From Selaginella moellendorffii (taxonomy: Eukaryota; Plantae; Lycopodiophyta): 64,000 nt of DNA. Positions 52,601-63,815 of the stretch are shown here, in pieces (the first letter of the stretch is position 1; the number at the start of each line of letters is the position of its first letter). The notes under the pieces were generated by a model, which was not told the DNA's origin, ran no database searches, and was given only the letters and a program-made list of their open reading frames with translations. A program made the translations under genes and the position numbers. The stretch is from the NCBI RefSeq assembly GCF_000143415.4, contig NW_003314302.1:1331329-1395328 (forward strand). Reading direction: 5' to 3'.

Positions 52601-54099
52601 GTCACAATATGGCCGGGAGTCATTTTGGTCTTGTTGAAGACTACCTCACCACGTAGAAGAGCATTAGCCACTGTCAAAAGGTCGTCGTCATCTAGAGACC
52701 GCGAGAAACGCAAGGCGTTGAGCTTCAAATCATTGGGCTTCCGGCCGTCCTCCACACCTATTGAGTTTAGCAACTCCCCGTCATAGTACCTCCTCAGCAC
52801 ATCTACCCATTTGTCAAAAACAACTTTTGTCGCGAGTAGAATGTTATGGATGCTGAGTGTGTCATTGACCCCCAGTGTTTTCGAAAGAAGACTCGAGAAT
52901 TCCTGCAATGGAAATGGCGTGAGGCCACATGCTATGCCACATGCAACGAGGCTTACCTGCCAAGCGCTAGTTGCTAGTGCACGTCCTTGTCCTAGTTTTT
53001 GTGGCTTCTTCAGTTGAACCCAGAGCTTCCGTGTTCGTGCCAATGTCTCGTGTAGACCCGATTTGTAGCATGTTTCTTGCTTGACATTCTGCGTGTGGGA
53101 GATGTATATGATAGATCGGAGGGGCGAGTTGCCTTTTATCAGGCGGACAACTCTTGTCTTGAAGACTTTCTTCACCTCCTCGCCCACCATAATATCCACA
53201 ACTATCTCTTGCATCGCCAAGCTAGAATGCTGCCCGGAGACGGCATAGAACCGGATGTTCTGATCGTCCAACACCTTCCTATTGATCAAGTCTAGAAACC
53301 TCGTCTCGCCCTTCATTGTTCAGTAGTAGGGGATCACGTCTACGATGTCGGGTGTTACTGGACTTGCCAGCATCTTCTGCTTTAGTTTCTCCACCCACTC
53401 ATCAGATACTAGCCTGTGGTTGTATTTGCTTTGGATGTTGATACGGCTCACGTCGATTGTATATACGTTGTTGGAATAGTAACAAGTACTATTATCTGCG
53501 ACGATTTTTGCTGCCTCTTCTTGCTCTTTCTGCTCTTTGCGGCTCTTCTTTTTGGTGGGTGTAGTGTTCGAACCCGAGGCAATGGCATCACCGAGTAGCT
53601 TCTTTTTTGGAGCAGGAGAGTCGGACGTCGGCTTGAGCTTGACCACCCTTTTTTGCTTCGGGGTAGTTTCCAGATCGACCCCCTTCCCCTTCGCTTCGCG
53701 AACTGGAGGCACTCTCAACGGCTCAATGTTGGAATATAGTTTTTGAACATCGCCGTAGGTGAGGTCCGTGGATTCCATGTGATCTTCATAGACCCGCAGC
53801 GTCTTTGAAATTGTGGGCCTCCTGGACAACCTCTCCCTAGCTCCCTCTAGGAATTCCTCATAGCCGCTGCCCCCCTCCGGGAAGCCGCTAGGATGTGCAA
53901 GGTGGATCTTGAAGGCGGACGCTGTCTCTACCACAAGTGCCAGTCCATATTCTTGCATGGAACTGCATGGAGTGTCTGTCACTTGGATGAGGATCCCCAT
54001 GCATTCTTTTCTCCCACCATCTGTGTTGTACAGCCTCAGATCCTCGCCTTCCATCCCAAAAGTCCAACTGGTGAGCTCCTCCCCCTTCTCTGCATCCAT
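48752..54099 (-). pseudogene. Multi-exon cargo gene: basic N-terminus, ParB/Srx-like domain, degenerate N6/N4 DNA-methyltransferase-like domain, acidic/low-complexity linker, FCP1/NIF-like HAD phosphatase; disrupted by in-frame stops and a 1-nt frameshift
   Basis: ORFs 53320-54099, 52417-53316 and 51562-52389 share one frame, separated by single stops. GT-AG introns at 52903-52956, 51529-51578, 51386-51441, 51265-51313, 51074-51120, ~50248-50294 and 49615-49661 link them to the HAD exon (IVD-E|SRRRYCIVFDLNGVL..GVWTSMM..ILIIDDSLIK). Confidence 0.65.
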
Positions 54100-55404
54100 A
54101 TTGACAGTGGCTAGAAGAAGAACGCAATTCCTCGCCTATTCAGAAATGCACAACAATTAGAGCTGACAGATGAAAAGCTAGTAGCTGGAAATAACGTGAG
54201 GCCACACGCCATTCACCACTGCATCAGATGTCTTGAGGCTACATCCTAAGATGGCGTGAGGCTACACGCCATCTGTAACCGGACTGCACTCAAGAGCCCA
54301 ATCGGTGTATGCCAATGTTGCTACTGAATGGCTTGTGGCCTCATGCCATTTTTTACTTGGCCTAAAAGACTTACCATTTGAAGCCGAATGGAGGCGTGAC
54401 AATCGAGGCCGGACTCGCTGGCGAAATGTGCACTGTGTGTGCAGCGGATCATAGCAGCAAGGCTAACTCTGCCACTTACAGTTGGAGAGTGGCACTGAAA
54501 TCTCCCGGGACGCCAAGTGGGCTACGTGTGGGTGGCGGAGTGGGCGGCAGAGTTGGCGGCAAAGTTACAAACTGGGTGTGTCTTGAAGTGGACGCCGATG
54601 CACACGAGTGCGATGCGAGCGCGAGTGTGATGCAAGCGCGAGTGGATGCCAATGCACATGAGGAACCTGTAGAGAAGGTAGATGAGCGCGAATGTGAGCG
54701 TGATCGCGAGTGGGAGCGCGATACGAGCGCGAGTACGATGCAAAACCTAACCTCACACGCGCGAAATGTCACGACGGTTGGTAATCCCGCAACGTCATCA
54801 TTCCTCGGACTTGGGCGCCACCATTAATTTCTGGATCGCCGCGCGCATGCATGCACGTGAAATCCAAAAGAAATCCGCAACGCCATCATTCCTCGGACTG
54901 CATGCATGCGAAATCCAAAAGAAAGATCATGATTGGGATATCATTTAATACCCTTGCTATATTTATACCATGCATGATTGGATATTCCAAAGCATCTTGT
55001 ATTTCCAAAAATGCCAGATGTTCAGCTAAATAAAGAATGGTATACAATGTCCTTCTTGATGACCTTACAAAGAAGCATCTCGATCAGACACCACATGAGA
55101 CCACACAAGCCTTACAATGTTTTAGGGGCATTTGCCATAGATCCGACCGTTATTTTGCTCCAAGATTCTACAGTTTGGTGTGTATTGACCTTTCCATCGA
55201 CACTGCAAAGGGACATCACAATCAGATGCAAGATCACAAGAAACCAACTTCACTAACTCTGGTTTCACCAAGATCTACGTAAGGAGTTATGAAATGAAAG
55301 GACCCTCTCTATTGAAATGTGTTTATGGTCCTAGGGGCATTGTGACATATCAAAGGATTTTGCATCAAGTTCTGTATTTGCATGTTTATCAAGCTACTGA
55401 ATTG

Positions 55405-55424
55405 CTAAACCCTAAACCCTAAAC
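55405..55424 (+). repeat. Short plant telomere-like / telo-box tract between the element's divergent genes
   Basis: ctaaaccctaaaccctaaac. Confidence 0.6.
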
Positions 55425-56159
55425 ATGTGGCAAATGCTGTGTGAAGAAAGATGCCCTTTCTGGGCAAATGCTGTAAGAGGCAGATGCCGAGCAGATGTAT
55501 CTCAAGCTAGCGAAGGGGACAAACGAAAGCCAGCTATAAACATGACGGGATGCAAATAGATTACTAGGCTAGTCCTACGAAAATCAAAAACCATAATTGA
55601 AAACATTGAAAATGCAAAAAGAAAGGTTTATAATATTTTTGAATTTTAAGCAACCAAAGGAATGTAAGTAGGGCATGTATTTGTAAGTTTAAAAATGCCT
55701 CAACCATTTAAATTCCCAAGTAAATAAAGCTGTTTCTATTTTTGGTACAGGTAAACTTTATAGCATGTGGGCTCATGCAATTTTGAACCCAAAAATGCAC
55801 CAAAAAATGCTCGACTAGCATTATTCTTTGAATGGCGTGTGGCCTTATATTGCCATAAATGGACGTACACACACAGCATAATTATTCCTTTACACGGCGA
55901 ATAATCTTGGCGCGGATCGCTGACATGGCATGGCAAAGTTCGAATCACTAACATGGCATAGCTGGATCGAGGCAAGGACATGATGTGACAAAGTTCAACC
56001 TCCGACAGCAAAGTCTAGAAGCTACTCAGTTTGAAATTTGTCAGAGGAATCATAAGATCTGGTTTGTCAGAGGATTTGATGTGATGTTCAAGTGTGTGTT
56101 TTTTTTGAATTTTCGAACTCATTCCTAGGTCTATCATTTTTGTGCGCCGTGTTCTTGGT

Positions 56160-56352
56160 TCCGCTGAGCGCAGTGAGCGTTGCTTGTGTAAGCGGCGTTG
56201 TGAGCTGTGGTTTATGCGTCTACGAGCGGTTGCGGCATTGCGAGCGCCATTGCGAGCGGCAGTTTATGCGAGTGGCAGTTTGTGCAAGCGGCGCTACGAG
56301 CAGTTGCGGTGTTGCGAGCGGTGCTACGAGTAGTTGCGGTGTTGCGAGCGAC
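56160..56352 (+). repeat. Degenerate short tandem repeats (TGCGAGCGG / GTTGCGGTGTTGCGAGCG units) upstream of the transposase
   Basis: e.g. gcgctacgagcagttgcggtgttgcgagcggtgctacgagtagttgcggtgttgcgagcg. Confidence 0.75.
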
Positions 56353-56718
56353 ACTGTCTTTGGTGTGGCTACCGCTTCCTCTTGATATTCGGCACTTGTG
56401 CTTCCTAGTATGTTCACCATGGAATGGCTTAGGACCACATTTAGAAATGGCATGAGGCCACATGCCATCTTGGGCCCTTGCAATTTCATGGCTAGCGTAT
56501 TGTCATGTATGTTTTTACTTGCCTGCAGCTGTGTGTATATCAAGATGGCATGAGGCCTCATGCCAATTTTGTGAATGCGAAATTTCACGTGGGTGTCAAT
56601 AGCATGTTTGAATAATGGCATGTGGCCTCATGCTATTGAGGTTGTTTGGTATGTTATGATTTAGGCCATTCTCTAATCATTTTTTGTATGGTCTTAACTT
56701 CTTTTTTGCACTTTCAGA

Positions 56719-59546
56719 ATGGCCTCCGCAAGTGTGACGCATGTTCCCTTCGTGGATCTTAAGAACCGTGCTACATGGATTCAGGCAAAGGTGTTTCTAA
56801 ACAACCCCGAGGGAGAGGTGATAGCTGAGGGCTTAGCCACAGTTGTCGATCCAAGAGATGCGGTTGCTAATCAAGAATTGGGCTGGGATGATATTAGAGT
56901 TGCGATTTTAGAGGTTGTTGACACAGAAGAAAACAATCTGACTATTAAAAGCATTGTGCAGTGGAAATTGAGGCACTTAGTGTTTGAGAATGTGAAGGAT
57001 TCACAATCAAACACCACTACAACTGATGACAAAACATCTCTTCATGGGAAAAGAAAGTACAGCTTCCTAAAGCGTAGCCAAAGGGATCTGAGCAACGAAC
57101 CGAAAAGGCAGAAAATGGCGATGGAGGTTCGAATGGTCTCGACAGTTGCTTGTTGCAAGAGGAGGTGCTGTCAATATGCTGATTGGGATGCTATTGAAGA
57201 GGAGAGAGCAAGATACAAGACATTGTCCTGGAAGGCAGCTCGCAATTTTGTGTATGAGGCATTCCGGTCATCTGTTGATGCTTCAGAACATCAGGTGGGG
57301 GCCATAGTCTTCCAGAGGGGTTTGGTCTGCATGAAGGAATAGAGAATCATTTATGGAGTCCCTCAAACCACATTCTACAGAATCAAAACTGAGTTCGAGG
57401 AACAAAGGGTTCAACAGGCAGTCCATGGGAACGATGGTACGCACAAAACCAGGGGTCATGTTGTATATGGAGAGGCAATCTTCAAGAGGTTTGTCGAGAC
57501 ATGTAGCGAGTAGCAACCACATAAAACCCGCCTCTTGGAAGATGGAACACGAGACACCCAACGAGTTCTCCCTTCCATGTATACCAAGGGGGCCATATTG
57601 GAAGATGTGAATCGGGAACTCCAGAGTAATGGCTACAGGAAGCTGAGCCAATCTAGATTTAGTAGATTGTGGAGCAACAGGTTTAGGGATGTGAGTATAG
57701 GAAAGTACTCCAGCTTTTCAAAGTGTGACGAGTGCACTGCTATCAAAATGGCTTTGTCGAAGAATTCTTGCATCGCTCAAGAGCGAGAGACGTTGGTTAG
57801 AAGGCGGCTCGACCACAACATCGAGTAGAGAAGCTGCAGAACTGCATATTATCATAACAGGATTCTCTCCATGGAGAGACCTGACTCTTACCTCTGCATC
57901 ATCCACGACAAAATGGACCAGAAAAAGACGTGCTTACCTCCACTCAATCCTGCCCCCAAGGCAATCTCTTCATCCATGCAACTGCCTGTGTCTCTGTTTG
58001 GCATAATCGCTCATGGGCATGGTGCCCAGAACTATGGGAACTTCTTTGTACCTCTATGGGGTGGCGGGGGTGCAAACATGATGATTGCGTCCCTAGCAAA
58101 ACACTTAAGGTCTCTGCAAAGTGCGCAGACTGAGCTGAACGGCCAACCCTTGCATAAGGCCCTTGTCAATCGAACCCCATACAAGGTTCAGCTGGAGGAG
58201 GAGCAAAGGCTTGCAGTATCGCGTGGGGCCCCATGCCATCCCAGTGAATATGTTGGCCGTCAGATTGTAGGGTTATCACGTGAGGCCTCATGCCATTCCG
58301 ACGAGGTTGGTCGCCCGGTGAATGCACAGCCTCATCCAAATGAAGCAGAATCTCAAGGAAGTTCTTGCAGCCGATGTGGCCTTCCACCCCATCTTCTGCT
58401 CCAAACAGACAATGCTGGCAGTGAGAACAAAAACATGTACATCTTCACGTACTTGGCGATGCTTGTTGCCAAAGGCATATTTGAAACAGTTACACTTGGC
58501 TTTCTCATGGTTGGGCACACTCATGAAGACGTTGATGCCATATTCAGTCACCTGGCAGAGTCCCTCCGGCGATCCAATGTCCTCACCCTCCCACAACTCT
58601 ACGATGAATTCCAAAATTGCATCAAAGGCACTGTTGAAGCTGCACTTGTGACAGAGGTTCCAGACTTTAAGGGGTTTGTAAGAGGCTACATCAAGGACGG
58701 ATCCAAAACGCTGATTGGCCACTCCAAGCCTCTTCAGTTTCATTTCAGCATGCGTGACAGTGCTCCAGTGATGAGGTACAAGATGAGAGAATGGGACACA
58801 CAGTGTGGCTGCCAGTGGACGGCATTGAACTCTTCAAGAGAGATCCCATAACTGGGGAACCTATGATTCCTCAGGGTTCCCCACGGCCGATGCACCCGGA
58901 TGGACTCAAAGACCAGGAAAGTATAGTGGCCGGGATTAGACAGCATATTGCCTTCTGGAAGAGGGGGTTGGTGTTTGGTGGAGAATCCTATTTTCAGAGG
59001 TGCAAGCCTTTGCTCGAATACTGGGAGAAGATTATATCTGCTATCCAAAATGGGCCGGTTGTATATGAAGAATTGGAAAAGTCCTTTTGGCCAGAACCCA
59101 GAGCACCAGATAGTAGCAGAACAATGTCCTCTGGAAATGCAGTGACAGATAACGATGTTGAGGATCACTATTGTGGGCCGAGGAACAAGAAGCCGGATTC
59201 AGCATTCAATCCAGTACAGGTCTGCAAAGGAATGGTCGTACTTGTCAGACCCAGTAATAAAAAACAAATGATATGGGTGGGGCGTTGCATCACTGATGCA
59301 GAGGAGGACGCGGAAACTAACTCCTTCAATGTAACTGTGGAGTGGTTCAAGCCAAGTTCCGGATATACGAAGGATTGCCTAGAAAAGAGATGGGTGCTGA
59401 ATCCAAGGGATCCCAGCATGAGCATATCGGTGAATAATGTTGTGCATGGTTGGATGCGGAAGCAGAGTGCCACCATCACCTTGACAAACTATGCAAGAGA
59501 TGCAGAAAGAGCATTCATAACCCGGGTTCAAGGTGAGATTCATTAA
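56719..59546 (+). pseudogene. Sola-like DDE transposase (DUF7869-type RNase H fold) with an N-terminal En/Spm Tnp1-like module and a C-terminal SH3/Tudor-like module; three in-frame TAGs and one frameshift
   Basis: CCKRRCC, VCMKE*RIIYGV, HGN, FSRLWSNRF, FSKCDEC, IIHDKMDQ, LQTDNAGSENKN, FLMVGHTHEDVDAIFS; stops at 57340, 57511 and 57826; frame switch ~58800. Confidence 0.78.
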
Positions 59547-61175
59547 TATTCCTTTACTAAGTTTCTAATATATTTTATTTCAAGGTGAACAATCCGAATC
59601 TGAATCAGAGGAGGCGTGATGGCATGTGGCCTTACGCCATTCCTAGGTGAGATGATACAAATAACAAGTATAAATTCTTAGTTGTTCTAGCAAATCTTAC
59701 TTAAAGTTCAAGGTGAACAAGCCGAATATGAATTCATCGAATTGTTATAACAAATTGCGAGGTGATGGCATGAGGCGATACGCCATTTGAGAGTGGTAGC
59801 CATTCTTATATGAGGTGAGTGAAATATTTATTAGAAATACCTCATTCAATTGTGCACTTCTAAGTCTTGGTCCACTCAGTACTGTTTGCATGTTTTTATT
59901 TTAATTCTTTCTCTAAAATGTTATTTAGCATGTGGCTTCATGCCATTGCTCTCCACAATCATGCATTGAATTTTTCTATCCTTGCATAATACTTCTCCAT
60001 ATATATAGCATGTGCGCACATGTGATATGGTTCATTAGGCCTGATATAGTGTGTGAGGTAAAACAAAGATGATGTGACATATGCATTTACCAATCACACG
60101 TGCATAAATCTAATAATATGGCGTGTGGCCCATATTAATGGCACATAAACCCATATTGTGGGCTTACGTGCTTTATGTACCATCATTCCCTTGCAGCGTG
60201 TGTGTTGGTTTCCTTTTATAACACAACGAACTCCATATTTTAGGGTGAAGAGCGTTCTCATGGCAAGCACAAAATCTGTAAGTGAGGCAGAAAAGGAGAC
60301 AAAGAAGGAGATAGGTGAAGATGTAGAATATATAAGTCTTCCAAACTCCCCGTACTATACTCCAGGTGATCATTTTTCTGAACAAACAGCAACATTAACA
60401 ACTATCGAGAACGCCCTAGTAATGTCAGAGACAACAATCCAAAGCAAAACAACTGACCCGGAGAAGGATGATAGTACCGCTGAGAGTACCAAAAAGGAGG
60501 TGTCCACTAGCGCTTAGGCATATAATGGCGTGTGCCCTCATGCCATTTACTTGATCACCAAATACCTTTTTCCCTTTGCACTAGTATATCTTAATACCAG
60601 TTTGAGAAATAGAATGGCATGTGCCCTCAGGCCTTTTACTAAATCACCTTTGAAAGAAATGCAAGCCTCTATGTCGTAAAAAAAAGGTACTAGAGAAATT
60701 CCTTAATAATATGAATGTTATTTAGTTTCATGAAAATGCACTAAGGGTCAAATGAGTTAAATGACTTCTCCAGACTAGCAATGCCTCTTGCTACACCTTC
60801 ACAATTAGATTCGTTAGAAAAAGATAACATTGAATAATATCTAAATGTTCTCACCATTAAGTTATATGTCTGGCTAATAGGAATGACGTTCATCTTGGAA
60901 AGCTCACCACACGCTCAATGAACAAACAAATAGTGTGTGCGCGCATGCCATCGCTCTTCTTTAGCTTCAGATTCGGCTTGTTCACCTTGACAATGAGATT
61001 TATTATACAACCAGATGGACTCAGTCTGGACACAAAGTCACCGCGCTAGTCACCATGCCCCAGATATGTCTAGCCCCTGGACAAAAAACATATAATTTCA
61101 CGTCATTTTTAAATACTTGAAAATTTGTATTTAGTCCCATTTTACTGAATAAATCCCACTTTAACAAAATAGAGC

Positions 61176-63815
61176 TTCAAGGGAGGAAGAGAAATCATGC
61201 TCCATGGCTACAAATCCCTCGGCAATGTGAATGCGGGTGATGTTGCGTTAATGAGTGAAGTGGTCTCATCCAATGGCCAAGGTTGCATCTCTACCTTATG
61301 TGGATGGGCCTTGTGCTCCACAAGCTTAGGAGCCACTGCTTCTACCTGAAAACTCATACGGATTTTGCTCCTATCGATAGAGTTGTATGGAATCTTTGAG
61401 CTAGGAAAAATTGGATTTAGCACCTCTAGTTATGTGAGAATGTGTTGTAGAGTGTCCTCTGGTGTCCCTATAGTCTCAAAAAAGTTGCTCTTCAAAGGCA
61501 TCACAAAAACCGTGTTCTCCTCCAAGTTGGGCATTTTTGGAATCCCAAGAATCTTGCTTGGATCTTTAGCCACCTAGAGCCAGAGTGAACGTGGTGATGC
61601 AAAGTGGATGGAGGAGAAGTCAAGGATAAAGTTCAGTCTATATACAAAAAATCAATCATATTGCATCTCAAAACTGAGACTCCATCGTCATGCTAACAAT
61701 TGACGAAGAAGTAACAGATCATTGTGGAGAGGAGTTCGGTGGTGTTATTGTGACCTTAACCATGTCTTGGGATGCCAAAACCTGCCCCTTATCATTGAGA
61801 ATTATCACCTAGCTATCTCCTCTCCCAATTTATAGTTGCTTGTGCTTGAAGTCAAAGACACAAGGTGTTGCATCTAACCATGGCTGCCCCAAGATGACGG
61901 ACTTCTCCTGTGAGGAGGCTCCCAAAGCAATGTAATCCACAACAAGGAAGTTAGCTATGGACTCATGATGGTGGATGAGAATGCTGAAATTTCAGCAAAT
62001 TCCCATAGGTGCTATAGTGATTTACAAAGGTCTTTAGCATGACCTTGGAATAGTTTTGGACTTGGAGGCTTACTTGTTGAGAAAGAGTGGAGGAGAGAAT
62101 GTTTGTGGCTGAGCAGAAGTCAGCAAGAGCCTCCACATTAATGCCCTGCAATTGCTGTTAAAACTATGAATGTGCCTAAATCAAGAACCACTGTGGCATT
62201 GACAATAAAAATGGAAGTCATGTCTGGGGCTGAAAAAGGCGCTCACTAGGATCTCAAACTGCTAAAGCAAAGCTAGAAATTGTAGACAAAGACCGGCAAG
62301 TGTTGTCATGATTAGAATTGTTAGGACCTGGTCTATAAGATTGCTTGAGTGACAGCTTGACATCAAAAGAGACTTTTCAGGCTACATGTTGGTGAAGTTT
62401 GGCATGCATGCAGACACTAGAACTCCAGATATCAGCTTTGACACTGACACTACTGCAAATGTCTCTAGGAAGGGCAACTTGTAAGCAGTGAGAACTAGAG
62501 GGGAAACAAATGCTAAAACTAGTGTCAGTGTGGTATCCAACTCCTCTATTGCTATTTGTGCCTTTCTCTAAGCTCAAGTAGCCACCTTGGCTGTCAACTC
62601 CTCTGCCATATGAATTGTATTCACCAAGAATTTGCTGCGATCATTCGTTAGTGGTGCTTAGATGGCATGGTGATGGAGCATCTCATGGTACTCCATGGAG
62701 GTGTCTAGGGCCATATTTTCTGTAAATGGTTTGTGCTAGATTCTCTACTCACATGGCATCTATCTCTGTAGGCGTAACTCTAAATGTAGCCACCAACAAC
62801 GAGCTATGCTATGTGACTAAACCTTGCACTCCTCACACCAACAGAGTTGTCATCAAGGGTGGTCTTGTGCAGCCATCTTCAATTCTCAGAGCTCCTCCAT
62901 GAACCTGCTCTACTGTTGTTGCTAAAGGATTGCTTTGTACTCCTTGAACTCCGCTGAGACAGATTTAACTACAACAAACATCTTTTCTATAACTTGCTAT
63001 GATGTTGTGATGCAAGCAAAGGTACAAGGACAAGCTGCTTAGGGTCCCTAGATGAGCTCCTTAATGAAGGAGATACCGAGATCATGGAACATCTGCAACT
63101 CAAGCTTCATAGCATGTATATAGGCGTCAAAGCATTGCTGGTGGTAGTGTTTGGTGACTTTCCTTTGGAGCCCAGGCTTGAGGCCTTGTACAAATGTTGA
63201 CACTAAGATGGAATCCTCCTGTGTCACTCTCTTATCAAGGTAAATCTTCCAAAAAGCCTTGAATCACATCATATAGTTCAATATGGACTCATTTGCACCT
63301 TGTCAAAATTGGAATAAGTTTTGGATAAACTGTTGCAAGGGAACCTCCTAAGAGAATGTGCTTATAAACGTTTAGAGGAGAGTGTCAAAGTTTGCTTCTC
63401 CTCGGCCTCCAGCATAAGTACCCACTATTGTGCATATCCATGCATCGATTAAGTGAATGCCTTGCATTTGGTCATATCATCTGTGATTTGATTGCTGACA
63501 TAGTAAGAAAAGAATGTTGCAAAGTGATCCTCCACTAAAATGCCTATCCTTAGCTCGAAGAAAGAGAGCTTGAGACCGCACTATAACACATGCACCATTA
63601 GCATGAGTGGTGGAGGTGGTGGATGTTGTTGTACCATCCTTGGTTGATTTACAACTATTGATTGGTACTCAAGATCTCTAGAAATGTCTTTTATCCTCTC
63701 TGAAAGTGGTCGATCTGAAACTTGAGGAAAAATCTTAGGCGAGGATACATAATGTGAATTTGCTAGCTTGGTATCTATAGCAGATGGTGAACCCTTTCTC
63801 TCTGACAAGGTAGTG
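61176..63815 (-). mobile_element. Degenerate Ty3/Gypsy gag-protease region (third family); probably continues at <48311 on the other side of the DNA transposon
   Basis: Retrotransposon-gag-like FIQNLFQF*QGANESI and protease-like VILGQPWL..FDFKHK remnants with many stops. Confidence 0.55.

Larger units (their letters stand above)
48404..60951. repeat. Dispersed 22-bp palindrome family, consensus ATGGCRTG-WGGCCW-CAYGCCAT (~25 copies)
   Basis: Copies start at 48696, 49773, 49848, 51083, 51274, 51415, 52914, 54191, 54251, 54328, 55760, 55832, 56447, 56545, 56615, 58218, 58275, 59619, 59765, 59925, 60005, 60525, 60614 and 60930; weaker copies at 48404 and 60118. Confidence 0.92.
48312..61175. mobile_element. 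~12.9-kb TIR DNA transposon (Sola-like/DUF7869 transposase) with a large cargo gene and ~25 dispersed 22-bp palindromes
   Basis: TIR GCTCTATTT(C/T)GTTAAAGTGGGA at 48312-48333 and inverted at 61154-61175 (1 mismatch); transposase inside; palindromes confined between the TIRs; no clear TSD. Confidence 0.8.

Noticed and set aside
60158-60517. Third gene in the large transposon (ATG at 60260)
   Set aside because: Short low-complexity ORF with no domain evidence
48404-60951. Palindromic repeats as a CRISPR array
   Set aside because: Spacing is irregular (57 bp to >1 kb), copies lie in introns and exons, there are no cas genes and the context is eukaryotic
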